From a virus (Duplodnaviria > Caudoviricetes), in the IMG/VR virus record IMGVR_UViG_3300049009_000900, positions 1 to 57,007 of that record: DNA of 57,007 bases; one strand, given 5' to 3'. A model generated the notes under the pieces. The model searched no databases. It saw only the letters and a list, made by a program, of their open reading frames with translations, and was not told the DNA's origin. This document shows positions 1 through 9,947 of this stretch, in pieces (the stretch's first letter is position 1; every line of letters starts with the position of its first letter). The translations under genes were made by a program, and so were the position numbers.

Positions 1-1323
1 ATGAGCCTTTCGAACCGAAACCTCAAGTCGATCAATTCCTCGCTCAACGTGTCCTTCCAGAAAATCGCCGGGGCGACATACAGGTCGCCAGTGAACTACA
101 CCGACGACATTTCGACCCCAATACAGAGATGGTACAGGTACAGGGAAGGATATTCGACCAGCCTGGTTCGCGGAATAATACAAAGGTACGGAACGGAAGG
201 GAACAAAGTCATACTTGACCCTTTCTGCGGATCCGGAAGCACCCTCCTTGAAGCCAAGCGCATGGGTCTGGACTCGATGGGGTTCGAGGTCAACCCGTTC
301 GCCTGCCTGCTGTCCAGGGTGAAGACGACGAACTATTCCAAGGATGACAAGTCCGGTCTCGAGCACATACGGAACGTGATTTCGACTGGTGTCGATAAGT
401 TCGAACCGTGCAGCAAACCATCTCTCGAAATAATAGACAACCTTTTCGCGCCCGACTCCCTTGAGTTCCTCCTGAGGTGCAGGAGAGCCATAGAGGATTC
501 GGAAGGAGTGTCTCAGAAATCGATCGATCTGGCTAGGATGGCATGGCTGTCGATACTGGAGGACTGTTCCCCTTTCAGGAAAGACGGGAACGGCATAAGG
601 AAAAGGAAAGCTTCCAACTTCCCGGTGCCGGACGCCGCGAGGGCGCGCTCCATACTCGAGTCCAAGATGGACGAAATGCTGTCCGACATGGACTACGCCA
701 TCGGTATCGGCGGGAGCGAGCCGAACGTGGTCTGCGATACGGCTCTGCGCATGACCGACCACATAGGTGCGGAATCGATCGGAGGCGCCATATTCTCGCC
801 GCCGTACGCCAACTGCTTCAACTACACCGAGATATACAAGGTGGAACTTTGGATGGGCGGGTTCGTCAAAAGGTACGAGGACCTGAAGCTCCTTAGGTGC
901 GAGTCGCTGAGGTCTCACCTGAAGAACCCAAACGTCAAGATGAACTCCGCGTGCCCGGGCGAAGAGCCTGAGCTTTACGACTTGGTTTCCGACCTCAGAT
1001 CATCAGACATGTGCGACGAGAAGATACCTGACATGGTCCTATCCTACTTCATCGACATGTTCAAGGTTATAGACGACCTGCATTCCGCCATTCATCCGGG
1101 AGGCTTCTGCGTGATAACCGTCAGCAACTCGGCTTACGGCGGCATAGTCGTTCCGACGGACCTGCTTCTCGCGAAACACGCGGAACGCCGCGGCTTCGTG
1201 GTGGAAGAGATAGAGGTTGCGAGGTTGATAGTGACAAGTTCGCAGCAATGCGCCAGAACGGCGGACTACAAGGATTTCCTGCGGGAGAGCGTGATATACC
1301 TTCGCAAGGACTCGAGGACGTAG
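1..1323 (+). CDS. Site-specific DNA methyltransferase (N4-cytosine/N6-adenine class)
   Basis: SAM-binding motif ILDPFCGSGST and catalytic motif IV FSPPY. The WYRYREGYS N-terminal segment is typical of this class. The start lies at the window edge. Confidence 0.85.
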   Translation: MSLSNRNLKSINSSLNVSFQKIAGATYRSPVNYTDDISTPIQRWYRYREGYSTSLVRGIIQRYGTEGNKVILDPFCGSGSTLLEAKRMGLDSMGFEVNPFACLLSRVKTTNYSKDDKSGLEHIRNVISTGVDKFEPCSKPSLEIIDNLFAPDSLEFLLRCRRAIEDSEGVSQKSIDLARMAWLSILEDCSPFRKDGNGIRKRKASNFPVPDAARARSILESKMDEMLSDMDYAIGIGGSEPNVVCDTALRMTDHIGAESIGGAIFSPPYANCFNYTEIYKVELWMGGFVKRYEDLKLLRCESLRSHLKNPNVKMNSACPGEEPELYDLVSDLRSSDMCDEKIPDMVLSYFIDMFKVIDDLHSAIHPGGFCVITVSNSAYGGIVVPTDLLLAKHAERRGFVVEEIEVARLIVTSSQQCARTADYKDFLRESVIYLRKDSRT

Positions 1324-1384
1324 ACCCAAGAACCGCAGGCTCGGCAAATCTCGGAATCCGTGTGTTCCTTGCAGTTCTCGCAGA

Positions 1385-1930
1385 TCATTTGGGACCCCTT
1401 TTGAGAGGCACGGGCTTAAGCTTCTCGACATGCCTGTCCGGCTGCGTCTTGAGGTGGCGCATCATGTTGCTGACGTCCTTCGTGATGTCGGATGCCGTTC
1501 CAGGACACTTGTTCGTGGACTTGACAGAGACGGTTTTCCTGTCCTTGTTGTAGTAGCCCTTGGACACCAGGAAGCAACGATCCTTTTCGCTCCACGAAAC
1601 TATGCCGACCCATTCGCCGTCATCCCAGTTTCTCGATGAGACCAGAAGCCTGAGCGGCTTCTCGTCGAACACGTGCTTGGTGTGGAAGCTCATCTTCTTC
1701 AGTCCGGCGCTCACGTAGCCGAGGACGAGTTTTGCGAAGGAGACCAAGACCTCCTCCATGTCGGTCCGATAGTCGACGTGGATGCTGTACCTGGAAGCCT
1801 GGGCTGATTCCGTCACTATTTTCTTGCTGAATTCCCTGGAGACCAAGCCGAGCAATTCCTCGCGGCACTCGATGTATTTCGAGTGGAGTTCCTGGTTCTT
1901 CCTCAACAGCCATGTGTTGTAATCTGTCAT
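1385..1930 (-). CDS. Hypothetical protein
   Basis: 181-aa ORF downstream of the neck gene, AAGGTGG RBS, codon usage like neighbours. Confidence 0.65.
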   Translation of the reverse strand: MTDYNTWLLRKNQELHSKYIECREELLGLVSREFSKKIVTESAQASRYSIHVDYRTDMEEVLVSFAKLVLGYVSAGLKKMSFHTKHVFDEKPLRLLVSSRNWDDGEWVGIVSWSEKDRCFLVSKGYYNKDRKTVSVKSTNKCPGTASDITKDVSNMMRHLKTQPDRHVEKLKPVPLKRGPK

Positions 1931-1945
1931 CGCGCCACCTTATTT

Positions 1946-2818
1946 TTATCCCATAGATGGTCCGAGGATGTCCCCGAACTTGTTGAGAAGCTTCTCTTCC
2001 CAATCCTTCTTCTCGTCCAGACCCTCCTGCAGTATCTGCTGTCCGTCGAGCTGTACGCCGCCGTTCGGACCGGGAGGATTCGATATCTTGCTCCGTATCC
2101 TGCCGAGTATTATCTTCGCGAACGCAAGGGACCCCTCCTGCATAGCCTGGGTGACCTGCTTGAAGTCGGGTCTCTTCTGGAGATACCTGACCATGACGGG
2201 ATAAACCCTGTACGGAGAAGGGTATACCTTTATCGTGTTGTATCCGCCGAGCCATTCCCAACCGCCCTGCTGACCGCTTGCCCTGTTGTACATGTCCTCG
2301 TATTGCTTGTACAGGACCCACTCGTTCATTTTGCCCCATACGGGCGACTGCGGGTTGATGCCGCCAGCTATGCTCCCGTAAGCCCCGGCGCCCATATACT
2401 CCAAAGGTATTACGCCGCCGAGGTCTGATGCGGAAAACGCGTATTGAGCCGTTTCCTTGTAGGAGACCTGCCTTATGTACCCAACGTCGTTCGGCATCTC
2501 GTAGACAGACTGACCTGGGACCGTGAAGAAGGTGTAGTACTGGAAGTATTCCATCGGGGCATACTCCTCGAATATCTGGAGCGCGAAGTCTATCGAGTTG
2601 CTCACCTGCTGCTCGTCCAGCTCTATCGTTATGACGGGGGCGCCAAGCATCGTGAGCACGTATTCCCTTATCTGCTCCCGCACCTTGAGCCTAGACTTCC
2701 TCGGACCTATCTTGACGAGTGGGTCCGTAGGACCAAGGTCGGTGCAGCCGCCGCACTCGGAAAGACACTTGTATTGTTCCGAGGATGGTTGCGGTATATA
2801 TAACATATTATTGTCCAT
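1946..2818 (-). CDS. Neck / head-tail adaptor protein (T4 gp13-like)
   Basis: IREYVLTMLGAPVITIELDEQQV N-terminal motif and GRIRSKISNPPGPNGGVQLDGQQILQEG C-terminal motif are typical of gp13-like proteins. Start placed at ATG 2818. Confidence 0.8.
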   Translation of the reverse strand: MDNNMLYIPQPSSEQYKCLSECGGCTDLGPTDPLVKIGPRKSRLKVREQIREYVLTMLGAPVITIELDEQQVSNSIDFALQIFEEYAPMEYFQYYTFFTVPGQSVYEMPNDVGYIRQVSYKETAQYAFSASDLGGVIPLEYMGAGAYGSIAGGINPQSPVWGKMNEWVLYKQYEDMYNRASGQQGGWEWLGGYNTIKVYPSPYRVYPVMVRYLQKRPDFKQVTQAMQEGSLAFAKIILGRIRSKISNPPGPNGGVQLDGQQILQEGLDEKKDWEEKLLNKFGDILGPSMG

Positions 2819-2866
2819 AATACTATATAGACATAACCGTTTCAATCTATTTGGTGGTGACTAAAA

Positions 2867-5497
2867 ATGAGATTCCTTGAGTACCTGGAAAATAAAAACC
2901 TGCTGGAAATGGCTCTTCACGGGGCGGTGGAGAGGGGCGCGGTCAAGATCGACAAGGACGACCTCGAGTTCCTCTACCAGTTCCCGTTCGAATACGAGGG
3001 GCAAAAACTATGGGCTAGCGCCCTCCTCCAGAGATACAACAGAGATCTCTACAAGGCTCTTGCCGAGAGGGAAAGGTCAAGGAGGCAGACATCCAAGGAA
3101 ATGAAGACGCAGATATACAGGGCTCTCAAGAGCGGAAGGTACAACAAGCACCTCGTCAACGAAAAGCCCGGGCTTTTCACGAAAGACATGGTCGACGAGA
3201 TCAAGAGGGATTACGGAAAGGAATGGAGGGAAAAGCACAGGAACAGGCTCAACGACGCCAGCAACAACGTCGCAAACAACCTCGCGTTCTACATGGTTGA
3301 GAGGGTCAAGCGCGATGTTCCAGAAAACGAAAACCAAGCGAGGACATACACTTTCAAGTTCGGCACGAAAGTGATCAACGTGGAAGCGAAGCCGTTCGTC
3401 AACAGGCTTGCCCACAAGCTCGAGAGGACCACTGGCGAAATCCATTTCGCCGTCGGTCTCGACGATGTCGAGCACCCGCACGGAAGGTACGGCTTCGACC
3501 TCACGAAGCCACATCCCGGAAAAGATAAGCTTCCGAGGGGAACAGCCGGCATGCAGATGCCGCTCGCGAAAACCATATCCAGAGCCGTGCACAAGCTCAT
3601 CGCCGACAACTTCCACAGGATATACGGAGACCTTCCGGAATCCGGCGAGATCAAGAAAATACCAGGCGACAAGGAAGTCAAGATAGAAAAATGGAAGGAC
3701 ACCAAATTCGTAGACACGAGACTGACGAACGAATTCGTCGACGAATACAAATCCAAGTTCTCCAGCCTGATACCCTTCGATCACTTCAAGGGTTCGATGC
3801 CGGCTTTCGACGTCTCGCTTGAAGACGGCACCAGGCTGACGAAGGAGGAAGGATCGAACGAGGTCAACTGGACCGAGGCTGACGGGAAAAAGTTCAAGAA
3901 CAGAATACACGACAAGCGAAGTTACGGAATATTCATCACGAAAAGAGCCAAGGAAGAATTCGCACGCAAAAGGAAGGACGACGAAAGGCTGAAGATGGTC
4001 AAAGGTCCGCCTATACCGGGACACCCGGAACACAGCGCCGGCACGACCCTCGACAAGAAACAGGACATACACCTGCCGGTCTTCAAAAAGATGGTGAAGG
4101 TGAACGGCAAAGATGTGGAAGTAGAAATGCCCTACCTCAACCCATCCAGGTACTACAGGAACGCCAAGCCCGACGACAGGATGGAAAGGAGGGTGGGATA
4201 CAAGAAAGACAAAGTTCCCCTTGACCACGACGAGTACAACAAGACTATACCGGGACACCAGAGCGGGGCTTCGATCCACCCGAACCAGAACAAGCCCAAA
4301 GAGAGATCGCTTAAGTTTGGAACTAAAGGATACGACGAAGCCATAGCAAGGATATTCGGGAAAATGAAAAAGTACCCAGACTCGGACCCGAATTATCCGG
4401 GTCTTTACAAGGATATAGTAGAAGGCATATCCCAGATCAGGATCGATAGCAGAGGAGTCACGGCTTGGGAACACACCATAGCCATGAGCAACGTGAAGGA
4501 GATACACGACATCGTGGTCGCCAAGATGGAGAGAAACCTGCTCGAGGACGCCCTATCCACCAAATCCGGAAGGAAGCTGTACGCGAGGAACGAGACGACG
4601 AACCTCCTGCAGCAGAGCGTGCATGGCGGCGGCACCAGGAAAACCAGAGGCGGTGGCATGGGAGTTCCGCAGGTCATGCCCACGACCCTCATATCCCAGG
4701 ACGACATCGAATTTGGCTCTGATCTGCACGACAAGATGGGACATCTTTCGGAGCGTGGAAGGAAACCCATAACGGGAAGGTTCGTGTTCCCTTACCGCGG
4801 ACATCAGCTGAGGAACATCGTCAAGCACCTCATCGACAAGGCTGAGGAGGCAGACAGCCTCAACACGTCCGGGAACATACCTCACGGGGAAACCACGAAA
4901 GCCCTGCTGAACCTGTTCAAGGATAAATTCACGAGGAAGATGAACCTACTTGACGCGATGCACACGCTCCTGAAGGAGATGATACACGACGAGAAAGGCA
5001 TCGTCGGCGACGAACTGGAGCGGGAAGCCACACACGTGCTGAACACGGTGGTCAACACGAAGAAAACGATGGCGCAGATGCTGACCCAATTCTCCCAGCT
5101 CACGATAGTTCAAGACTACATGTCCGGTAACGTCATGGATAGGGACGCGAACAGAACTCCCGCGCAGACTTCTTCGTCCTCGCCGATAAATATGGCGGCT
5201 CCGAGACTGAAGCTAACGGCGGCTACGCCTGGTGTCGGCTCCGAGACCGAAGACGGTCCGAGCCCGGAGATCATCAATACGGCTTCCAAATATCACCCGG
5301 ACCAACTGAAGGAGAAAAAGGAATTCCTAGCCCTGGCGTTCCACCCATATTATATCACGCGCAGGAACGAGGAGAGCCTCAACAACCTTAAAAAGAAGAT
5401 CATCGAGAAGAAGGCAACGACTCTTCCTGGCGACTACAACGCCGCTATCAGGTTGATAGACGACCAGCTCAAAATAAGATTCCCAAAGGAGATGTAA
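2867..5497 (+). CDS. Large hypothetical protein, probable internal head protein
   Basis: 876-aa charged ORF with GGTG RBS. N-terminus MRFLEYLENKNLLEMA resembles a capsid-targeting sequence. Confidence 0.65.
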   Translation: MRFLEYLENKNLLEMALHGAVERGAVKIDKDDLEFLYQFPFEYEGQKLWASALLQRYNRDLYKALAERERSRRQTSKEMKTQIYRALKSGRYNKHLVNEKPGLFTKDMVDEIKRDYGKEWREKHRNRLNDASNNVANNLAFYMVERVKRDVPENENQARTYTFKFGTKVINVEAKPFVNRLAHKLERTTGEIHFAVGLDDVEHPHGRYGFDLTKPHPGKDKLPRGTAGMQMPLAKTISRAVHKLIADNFHRIYGDLPESGEIKKIPGDKEVKIEKWKDTKFVDTRLTNEFVDEYKSKFSSLIPFDHFKGSMPAFDVSLEDGTRLTKEEGSNEVNWTEADGKKFKNRIHDKRSYGIFITKRAKEEFARKRKDDERLKMVKGPPIPGHPEHSAGTTLDKKQDIHLPVFKKMVKVNGKDVEVEMPYLNPSRYYRNAKPDDRMERRVGYKKDKVPLDHDEYNKTIPGHQSGASIHPNQNKPKERSLKFGTKGYDEAIARIFGKMKKYPDSDPNYPGLYKDIVEGISQIRIDSRGVTAWEHTIAMSNVKEIHDIVVAKMERNLLEDALSTKSGRKLYARNETTNLLQQSVHGGGTRKTRGGGMGVPQVMPTTLISQDDIEFGSDLHDKMGHLSERGRKPITGRFVFPYRGHQLRNIVKHLIDKAEEADSLNTSGNIPHGETTKALLNLFKDKFTRKMNLLDAMHTLLKEMIHDEKGIVGDELEREATHVLNTVVNTKKTMAQMLTQFSQLTIVQDYMSGNVMDRDANRTPAQTSSSSPINMAAPRLKLTAATPGVGSETEDGPSPEIINTASKYHPDQLKEKKEFLALAFHPYYITRRNEESLNNLKKKIIEKKATTLPGDYNAAIRLIDDQLKIRFPKEM

Positions 5498-5498
5498 A

Positions 5499-5777
5499 TT
5501 GGCAGATTCAAACGAAGGCTGGTTCAACCTCATGTCGAACCCCAGGGGTCACATGCTCAAGAAGACCATGTTCGAGATACTCAAGGAAAGGTATCCCAAG
5601 CACGAGCAGATAATAGACAGGGTGTCGCACAGCCTGGCGACCGACAAGGACATCAAGGACTTCGTGTCCATGATGGTGGAAATCTACGAGGTTGGTTTCG
5701 TAAGGGCTGTCGACGAGCACAGGGAGAAGCTGTCCAAGCTCGGGTTCGAAGTCAAGATAACCTCGCCGAACTCCTAG
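5499..5777 (+). CDS. Hypothetical protein
   Basis: 92-aa ORF, TTG start after AGGAG, coupled to the upstream stop. Confidence 0.6.
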   Translation: MADSNEGWFNLMSNPRGHMLKKTMFEILKERYPKHEQIIDRVSHSLATDKDIKDFVSMMVEIYEVGFVRAVDEHREKLSKLGFEVKITSPNS

Positions 5778-6391
5778 ATCTCGAAGTGCGGCTGGTAGTC
5801 GGAAGGCAGACCGCTGTAGAGGAATCCGCCCGTCTTTTCCCTTATATCATCGACCCTCCACCATCTCTTGAACGTCGTCTTGGGGAAGACGACGCTTCCC
5901 CTCTCGATCGTCGCCGTGGTCCACATGGAGAACGAGAGGTCGCCCTCCTCCACCATTACAGCCTCGAAGGAATACGGGTTTCCATAGCTTACCGTGACAT
6001 ACTCCTCGTCGTACAGGGAGTCCCTCTTTTTCTTCAGGACAGCCGGGAGGCACCAGACGAATGTCGTCTCGACCCCGAGACCGACGCCTTTGCTATCCTG
6101 TTTCCTCTCCTCGACTTTCGGACTTTCGACGGGAGACTTTGGTTCTGCGTCCTGCGCGGACGGCTTGTTGGATTCGAGTTCCTCCACGAACGAATCCCTG
6201 ACGGAGAAATCGCTGGACATGGGGGTCACCTCATCCTTGCTCTCCTGCGTGATCGGGTCCCACTTCATGTTGTGGATGGTGTATCCGTTCCACACCGTCT
6301 GGTTCTTCATGAGGGCGTTTGGGCTGCGGAGCCTGTAGACCGAACCGTCTTTGTTTTTTAGTGTCATTTTATTTTTATTCCCGAAACTCAT
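5774..6391 (-). CDS. Hypothetical protein (probable late gene)
   Basis: 205-aa ORF with a TAAATA box upstream on the minus strand (6406-6411). Confidence 0.6.
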   Translation of the reverse strand: MSFGNKNKMTLKNKDGSVYRLRSPNALMKNQTVWNGYTIHNMKWDPITQESKDEVTPMSSDFSVRDSFVEELESNKPSAQDAEPKSPVESPKVEERKQDSKGVGLGVETTFVWCLPAVLKKKRDSLYDEEYVTVSYGNPYSFEAVMVEEGDLSFSMWTTATIERGSVVFPKTTFKRWWRVDDIREKTGGFLYSGLPSDYQPHFEI

Positions 6392-6474
6392 TCATAGGTG
6401 TGCGGTATTTACGAAAAAAAGAGAAAAATTTCACCGTTTAATTCTACATAATACAGAAACAAGGAGAATCGAAA

Positions 6475-6903
6475 ATGAGCTTACTCGTACCAGACATCGG
6501 CGAAATACTGATGCTTCAATATTTGGTCAACATGATTTCAACCGACGGAACAGCCGCGCCGGCTAACGGCGAACGACTTCTTCGTCTTTTCACGAACAAC
6601 CTAACGCCAGCCGAAAACACCACGCTGTCGACGGTGACCGAGGCTCTGGGGGCTTCCGGCTACGTTCCGGTGACGCTGGTGGGATCTAGCTGGACGACCA
6701 CGCAGACATCCGGCACGACCACCGCGGTGTACAGCGAACAGACATTCACCTTCACCACGGCGGTGACTGTATACGGCTACTACGTGACGACCATCTATGG
6801 ATCGCCAGCCCTTCTTTGGCTGGAGAGATTCTCCGGGGCGCCATTCATACTGCCCGCCGGCGGCGGTCAGATAGCCATATCGCCGAGGATAAGCCTGGAT
6901 TGA
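6475..6903 (+). CDS. Thr-rich putative virion structural protein
   Basis: AAGGAG RBS. Beta-rich, Thr-rich sequence (LRLFTNN...GYVPVTL...FTFT...YGYYV) like small phage structural proteins. Confidence 0.6.
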   Translation: MSLLVPDIGEILMLQYLVNMISTDGTAAPANGERLLRLFTNNLTPAENTTLSTVTEALGASGYVPVTLVGSSWTTTQTSGTTTAVYSEQTFTFTTAVTVYGYYVTTIYGSPALLWLERFSGAPFILPAGGGQIAISPRISLD

Positions 6904-6924
6904 TCTGCGGAAGACAAACAAATC

Positions 6925-6964
6925 AAAATGGGGTAATTTTCAAAAAATTACCCCATTTTTTTTT
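6925..6964 (+). terminator. Rho-independent terminator
   Basis: Perfect 16-bp inverted repeat AAAATGGGGTAATTTT / AAAATTACCCCATTTT running into a T tract, just after the 6475-6903 stop. Confidence 0.75.
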
Positions 6965-6998
6965 CTTGGCATATAGATAAATCAAAGAGGTGCTGAAA

Positions 6999-8741
6999 AT
7001 GAGATTTTCCTTTAAGAGATGGCTGTTCGAAAACGAAAGACTAAACCCAGGTATTTTAGATGGACTGGATGACTACAAGGACGATTTTAATCGAGAGTTC
7101 AATTTCAGGATAGCTCAGTTCGCCAAAAGAATCAATCTGGGCATAGAGGACAAAAAGGGCGAAGACGCCGAGACGGTCGCCATCAGATCAAGTGGCGAAA
7201 AAAAATCAGTCAGGAACATGTCCATAGGCGGAAAACTTACTGGGGAAGAAAAAGACCTCGAGCACCCGGAATTCAAGGGCTGGAATGCCAAACTGCCAAA
7301 AGAAATAGAAATACGAGGCGAATCGATACCGATAACCCCAGAAACCATAGAAGACGAATGCGGAAAGTACATGAGGGAAAACAAGTTCGACGAGACTGGT
7401 GACTTTGACTTCCATGGTATTCTCAAAGATATTGTAGAAAAAAGAAAAGCCAATGACGTTCCTGCTAAAGACCTATTTGACCAGATCATAAGAGGTCATT
7501 ACGTGTCACGATCTGGGGACAGAGGAAGAGTCATGACCCATATCTACAAGGATGGCGGATGGATGAATAAAGAATCAGAAAAAAGAGCCAAAGTATTGGC
7601 TATCAACAGGGGGAAAGGAGAAAAAGAGCCAGAAAAGGGGCAGAACTCGGCTATCTTCAACTATTTCAACTCCGGATGGTTTGACGTTGCGATGCTTGGT
7701 GTGATAATGTGCAGAAACAGGGGAGTCTTCGAACAAAGAGTGGCGTCTACTTGGAAAAATAGACTTAGTGAACTTGTGTCCAACGCCAAAACCGCGGTAA
7801 TAGAGAAAAAAAAGAAAACAAGGGTGGCAGATGTAAGCTCCAGCGGCATTGAAGCCAACATACCACAAAGCACGCAAAAAAATGTTCAGGGAGATCGGTT
7901 TTCCTTGAAAATCAACGATTTGGAGAATACTGATGCAATTAACAATTTTCTCAAGTCCAGTACAACGCCAGAAGACATAAAAGAAATACATATGAGAGAA
8001 ACAGGCGTATCTTCCAGATCTAGAAAAGAATTAATGCGGATGAGAGACTGGATTCTCGAAAGAGACGAGGCTGGCGATTTCGGACGTACGAAATTGAATA
8101 TCAACGACGAAATGGATGAATACTGGGGCGCACTCGACGATAAAATAAAAAATATGGATCTCGCCATCTCTGGAGCCGCCACGGCGACAGGAATGGAAAC
8201 AGATACCGGAAGGGCAAGCATGATTGCGATGCTAGGGAAAGTCAGGGAAGAACTAACGAGACACGTAGAAGGATTCAACTATTCACAAATAATTCAATTA
8301 TATGAAGGTTATTTTGGAAAATTCGACGCGCAAAACTCGCAATCACCATTCAAAGGTAGAAAAATTGCCGACCCAAAAGGACTTTTCCTAGGGATGTTTC
8401 GAGACGCGGCAAGCAAGGTTTTCGGACCTGAGCACAAAGCGACTGGGAAAGGCGGCTACTTGAGCAAATGGCTCACATTTCTGTTCAAAGATACGTTTTA
8501 CAAAAAACATGTCGACAAAGATGACGAAGATGGCGTTGGCGTTAAATTTCCTGATTCTCCCACAACACCTGGTCATCCCTACGAGACTTTTTTCAGAAGA
8601 GTTCTGCAAAACAATTTCGTTCGTCTTTTGGACTTGACCGTGAGACAGCTTGACGGCAATACGCCTGGGGCTTACACGAAACTAGTCGAAGATCTCAAGA
8701 ATACGCCAGCCCACGTAGCCGCGGCAGCCGCGGAACTATAA
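6999..8741 (+). CDS. Hypothetical protein, probable internal head protein
   Basis: About 580 aa, GAGGTG RBS, N-terminus MRFSFKRWLFENE. More A-rich than its flanks. Confidence 0.65.
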   Translation: MRFSFKRWLFENERLNPGILDGLDDYKDDFNREFNFRIAQFAKRINLGIEDKKGEDAETVAIRSSGEKKSVRNMSIGGKLTGEEKDLEHPEFKGWNAKLPKEIEIRGESIPITPETIEDECGKYMRENKFDETGDFDFHGILKDIVEKRKANDVPAKDLFDQIIRGHYVSRSGDRGRVMTHIYKDGGWMNKESEKRAKVLAINRGKGEKEPEKGQNSAIFNYFNSGWFDVAMLGVIMCRNRGVFEQRVASTWKNRLSELVSNAKTAVIEKKKKTRVADVSSSGIEANIPQSTQKNVQGDRFSLKINDLENTDAINNFLKSSTTPEDIKEIHMRETGVSSRSRKELMRMRDWILERDEAGDFGRTKLNINDEMDEYWGALDDKIKNMDLAISGAATATGMETDTGRASMIAMLGKVREELTRHVEGFNYSQIIQLYEGYFGKFDAQNSQSPFKGRKIADPKGLFLGMFRDAASKVFGPEHKATGKGGYLSKWLTFLFKDTFYKKHVDKDDEDGVGVKFPDSPTTPGHPYETFFRRVLQNNFVRLLDLTVRQLDGNTPGAYTKLVEDLKNTPAHVAAAAAEL

Positions 8742-8750
8742 GGAGAATCT

Positions 8751-9290
8751 TTGCTCAGAAACCTTGACGGAACATGTTACAAGACGCTAGGAAGCACGCA
8801 GCAATACAACCCCGGAGCCCCGGAACACGACCTGTTCAACCAGTGGGACCAGGAGTCGATGGTGCGTGGCGGTTCTCCGCTGTACTACTACGAGGTCTTC
8901 ATACAGAGCCAGACGGTGGACCCACTTTACCTTGAGGACAGGGGCAAGATATTCTCAAACAACCCGATCATGCTGTGGTGCAACTACGAGCCAATACCTT
9001 CGCAGAACGCCCTGACCCAGTTCGGCATCGACTCCCCGGACGAGATGATGTTCGAGGTCAACTACAGGACGGCTTTAAAGTCGATAGGTCACCCGCCAAA
9101 GATAGGGTCCAGGATATTCACGCCGCACCTAAGGGAGAACTGGGTCGTGGTGCAGAGGAACCTCGGGGAATTCAAGCTTTGGGGAGCCCTAAGGCTCGAG
9201 CTTATATGTCAGAGATTCCAGGAGTCTGTGACGACGGGAGAGGGCACGGTCACCCAGAAGCAACCGGATCAGAAAATCAAGATAGTCTAG
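8751..9290 (+). CDS. Head closure / neck protein (T4 gp14-like)
   Basis: DPLYLEDRGKIF and FGIDSPDEMMF motifs. TTG start after AAGGAG. Sits in the neck/tail context. Confidence 0.65.
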   Translation: MLRNLDGTCYKTLGSTQQYNPGAPEHDLFNQWDQESMVRGGSPLYYYEVFIQSQTVDPLYLEDRGKIFSNNPIMLWCNYEPIPSQNALTQFGIDSPDEMMFEVNYRTALKSIGHPPKIGSRIFTPHLRENWVVVQRNLGEFKLWGALRLELICQRFQESVTTGEGTVTQKQPDQKIKIV

Positions 9291-9298
9291 GAGAAAAA

Positions 9299-9793
9299 AT
9301 GAAAAGCTTTTTTGAGTTTATGGAGCAGATAAGGAACGAGAAGATCCTGAACGGGGACATGAGGATGGTGTTCGAGGAAGACCAGCCTCCAGCCCAGCCG
9401 CAAGCGCCGGGTCAACCGCCATCAGTGCCGCCAGAGCAGGCGCAGAAGGCTCCTCCGGAGAATCCCGGTCAGTCAAACTCCAAAGACCCAGACAGCGGTC
9501 TCGAGGACCCGGCAGGCGACGAGGCATACCAAGGGGTGCTCGACGCCATCGACACAGCCATGAAGTCAGGAATGCTGAAGAAATTCAACAGAGATAAACT
9601 AGAGGCTTTCCTGTCCGACGACAAGCCAGCCGAGAAACCTCCGGAAGCGGGCGCCGGGGCTCCGCCTGACGCCGGCTCTCCACCTGGAACTCCGCCGGGG
9701 GCTCCGCCTGACGCCGGCGCTCAGATACAGCCGCCGCCACAGCCACAGCTTGCCGCGGCTCCCATCGGAAACCAGGGCGAGCCTACTGCCTAA
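9299..9793 (+). CDS. Pro/Gly/Ala-rich protein with capsid-targeting-like N-terminus
   Basis: AGGAG RBS, begins MKSFFEFMEQIRNE, carries GAPPDAG repeats. Confidence 0.7.
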   Translation: MKSFFEFMEQIRNEKILNGDMRMVFEEDQPPAQPQAPGQPPSVPPEQAQKAPPENPGQSNSKDPDSGLEDPAGDEAYQGVLDAIDTAMKSGMLKKFNRDKLEAFLSDDKPAEKPPEAGAGAPPDAGSPPGTPPGAPPDAGAQIQPPPQPQLAAAPIGNQGEPTA

Positions 9794-9947
9794 CGATGAT
9801 TTCCGAGAACTCGTAGAGGTTGGGTTCGTGGACGTTCACGAAAAGACGCAGAGGAATCTTCGGGGTCTGGAGCCTCTCCCTGCCGGGGAATATGAGGGGC
9901 TTTAGGCTATGCGTCTTTTTCTTTATCTTGTACGGCGGAATCTTCAT
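9783..9947 (-). CDS. Small basic hypothetical protein (54 aa, not in ORF track)
   Basis: MKIPPYKIKKK... read manually, with GAGGA RBS. Fills the gap downstream of 9907-10764. Confidence 0.4.
   Translation of the reverse strand: MKIPPYKIKKKTHSLKPLIFPGRERLQTPKIPLRLFVNVHEPNLYEFSEIIVRQ

Noticed and set aside
3077-4507. Long antisense ORFs (e.g. 476 aa at 3077-4507; also 13570-14262, 23413-24159, 26286-27155, 31445-32203)
   Set aside because: They are shadows of real genes on the other strand caused by C/G-ending codon bias. They have no RBS, no motifs and atypical composition.
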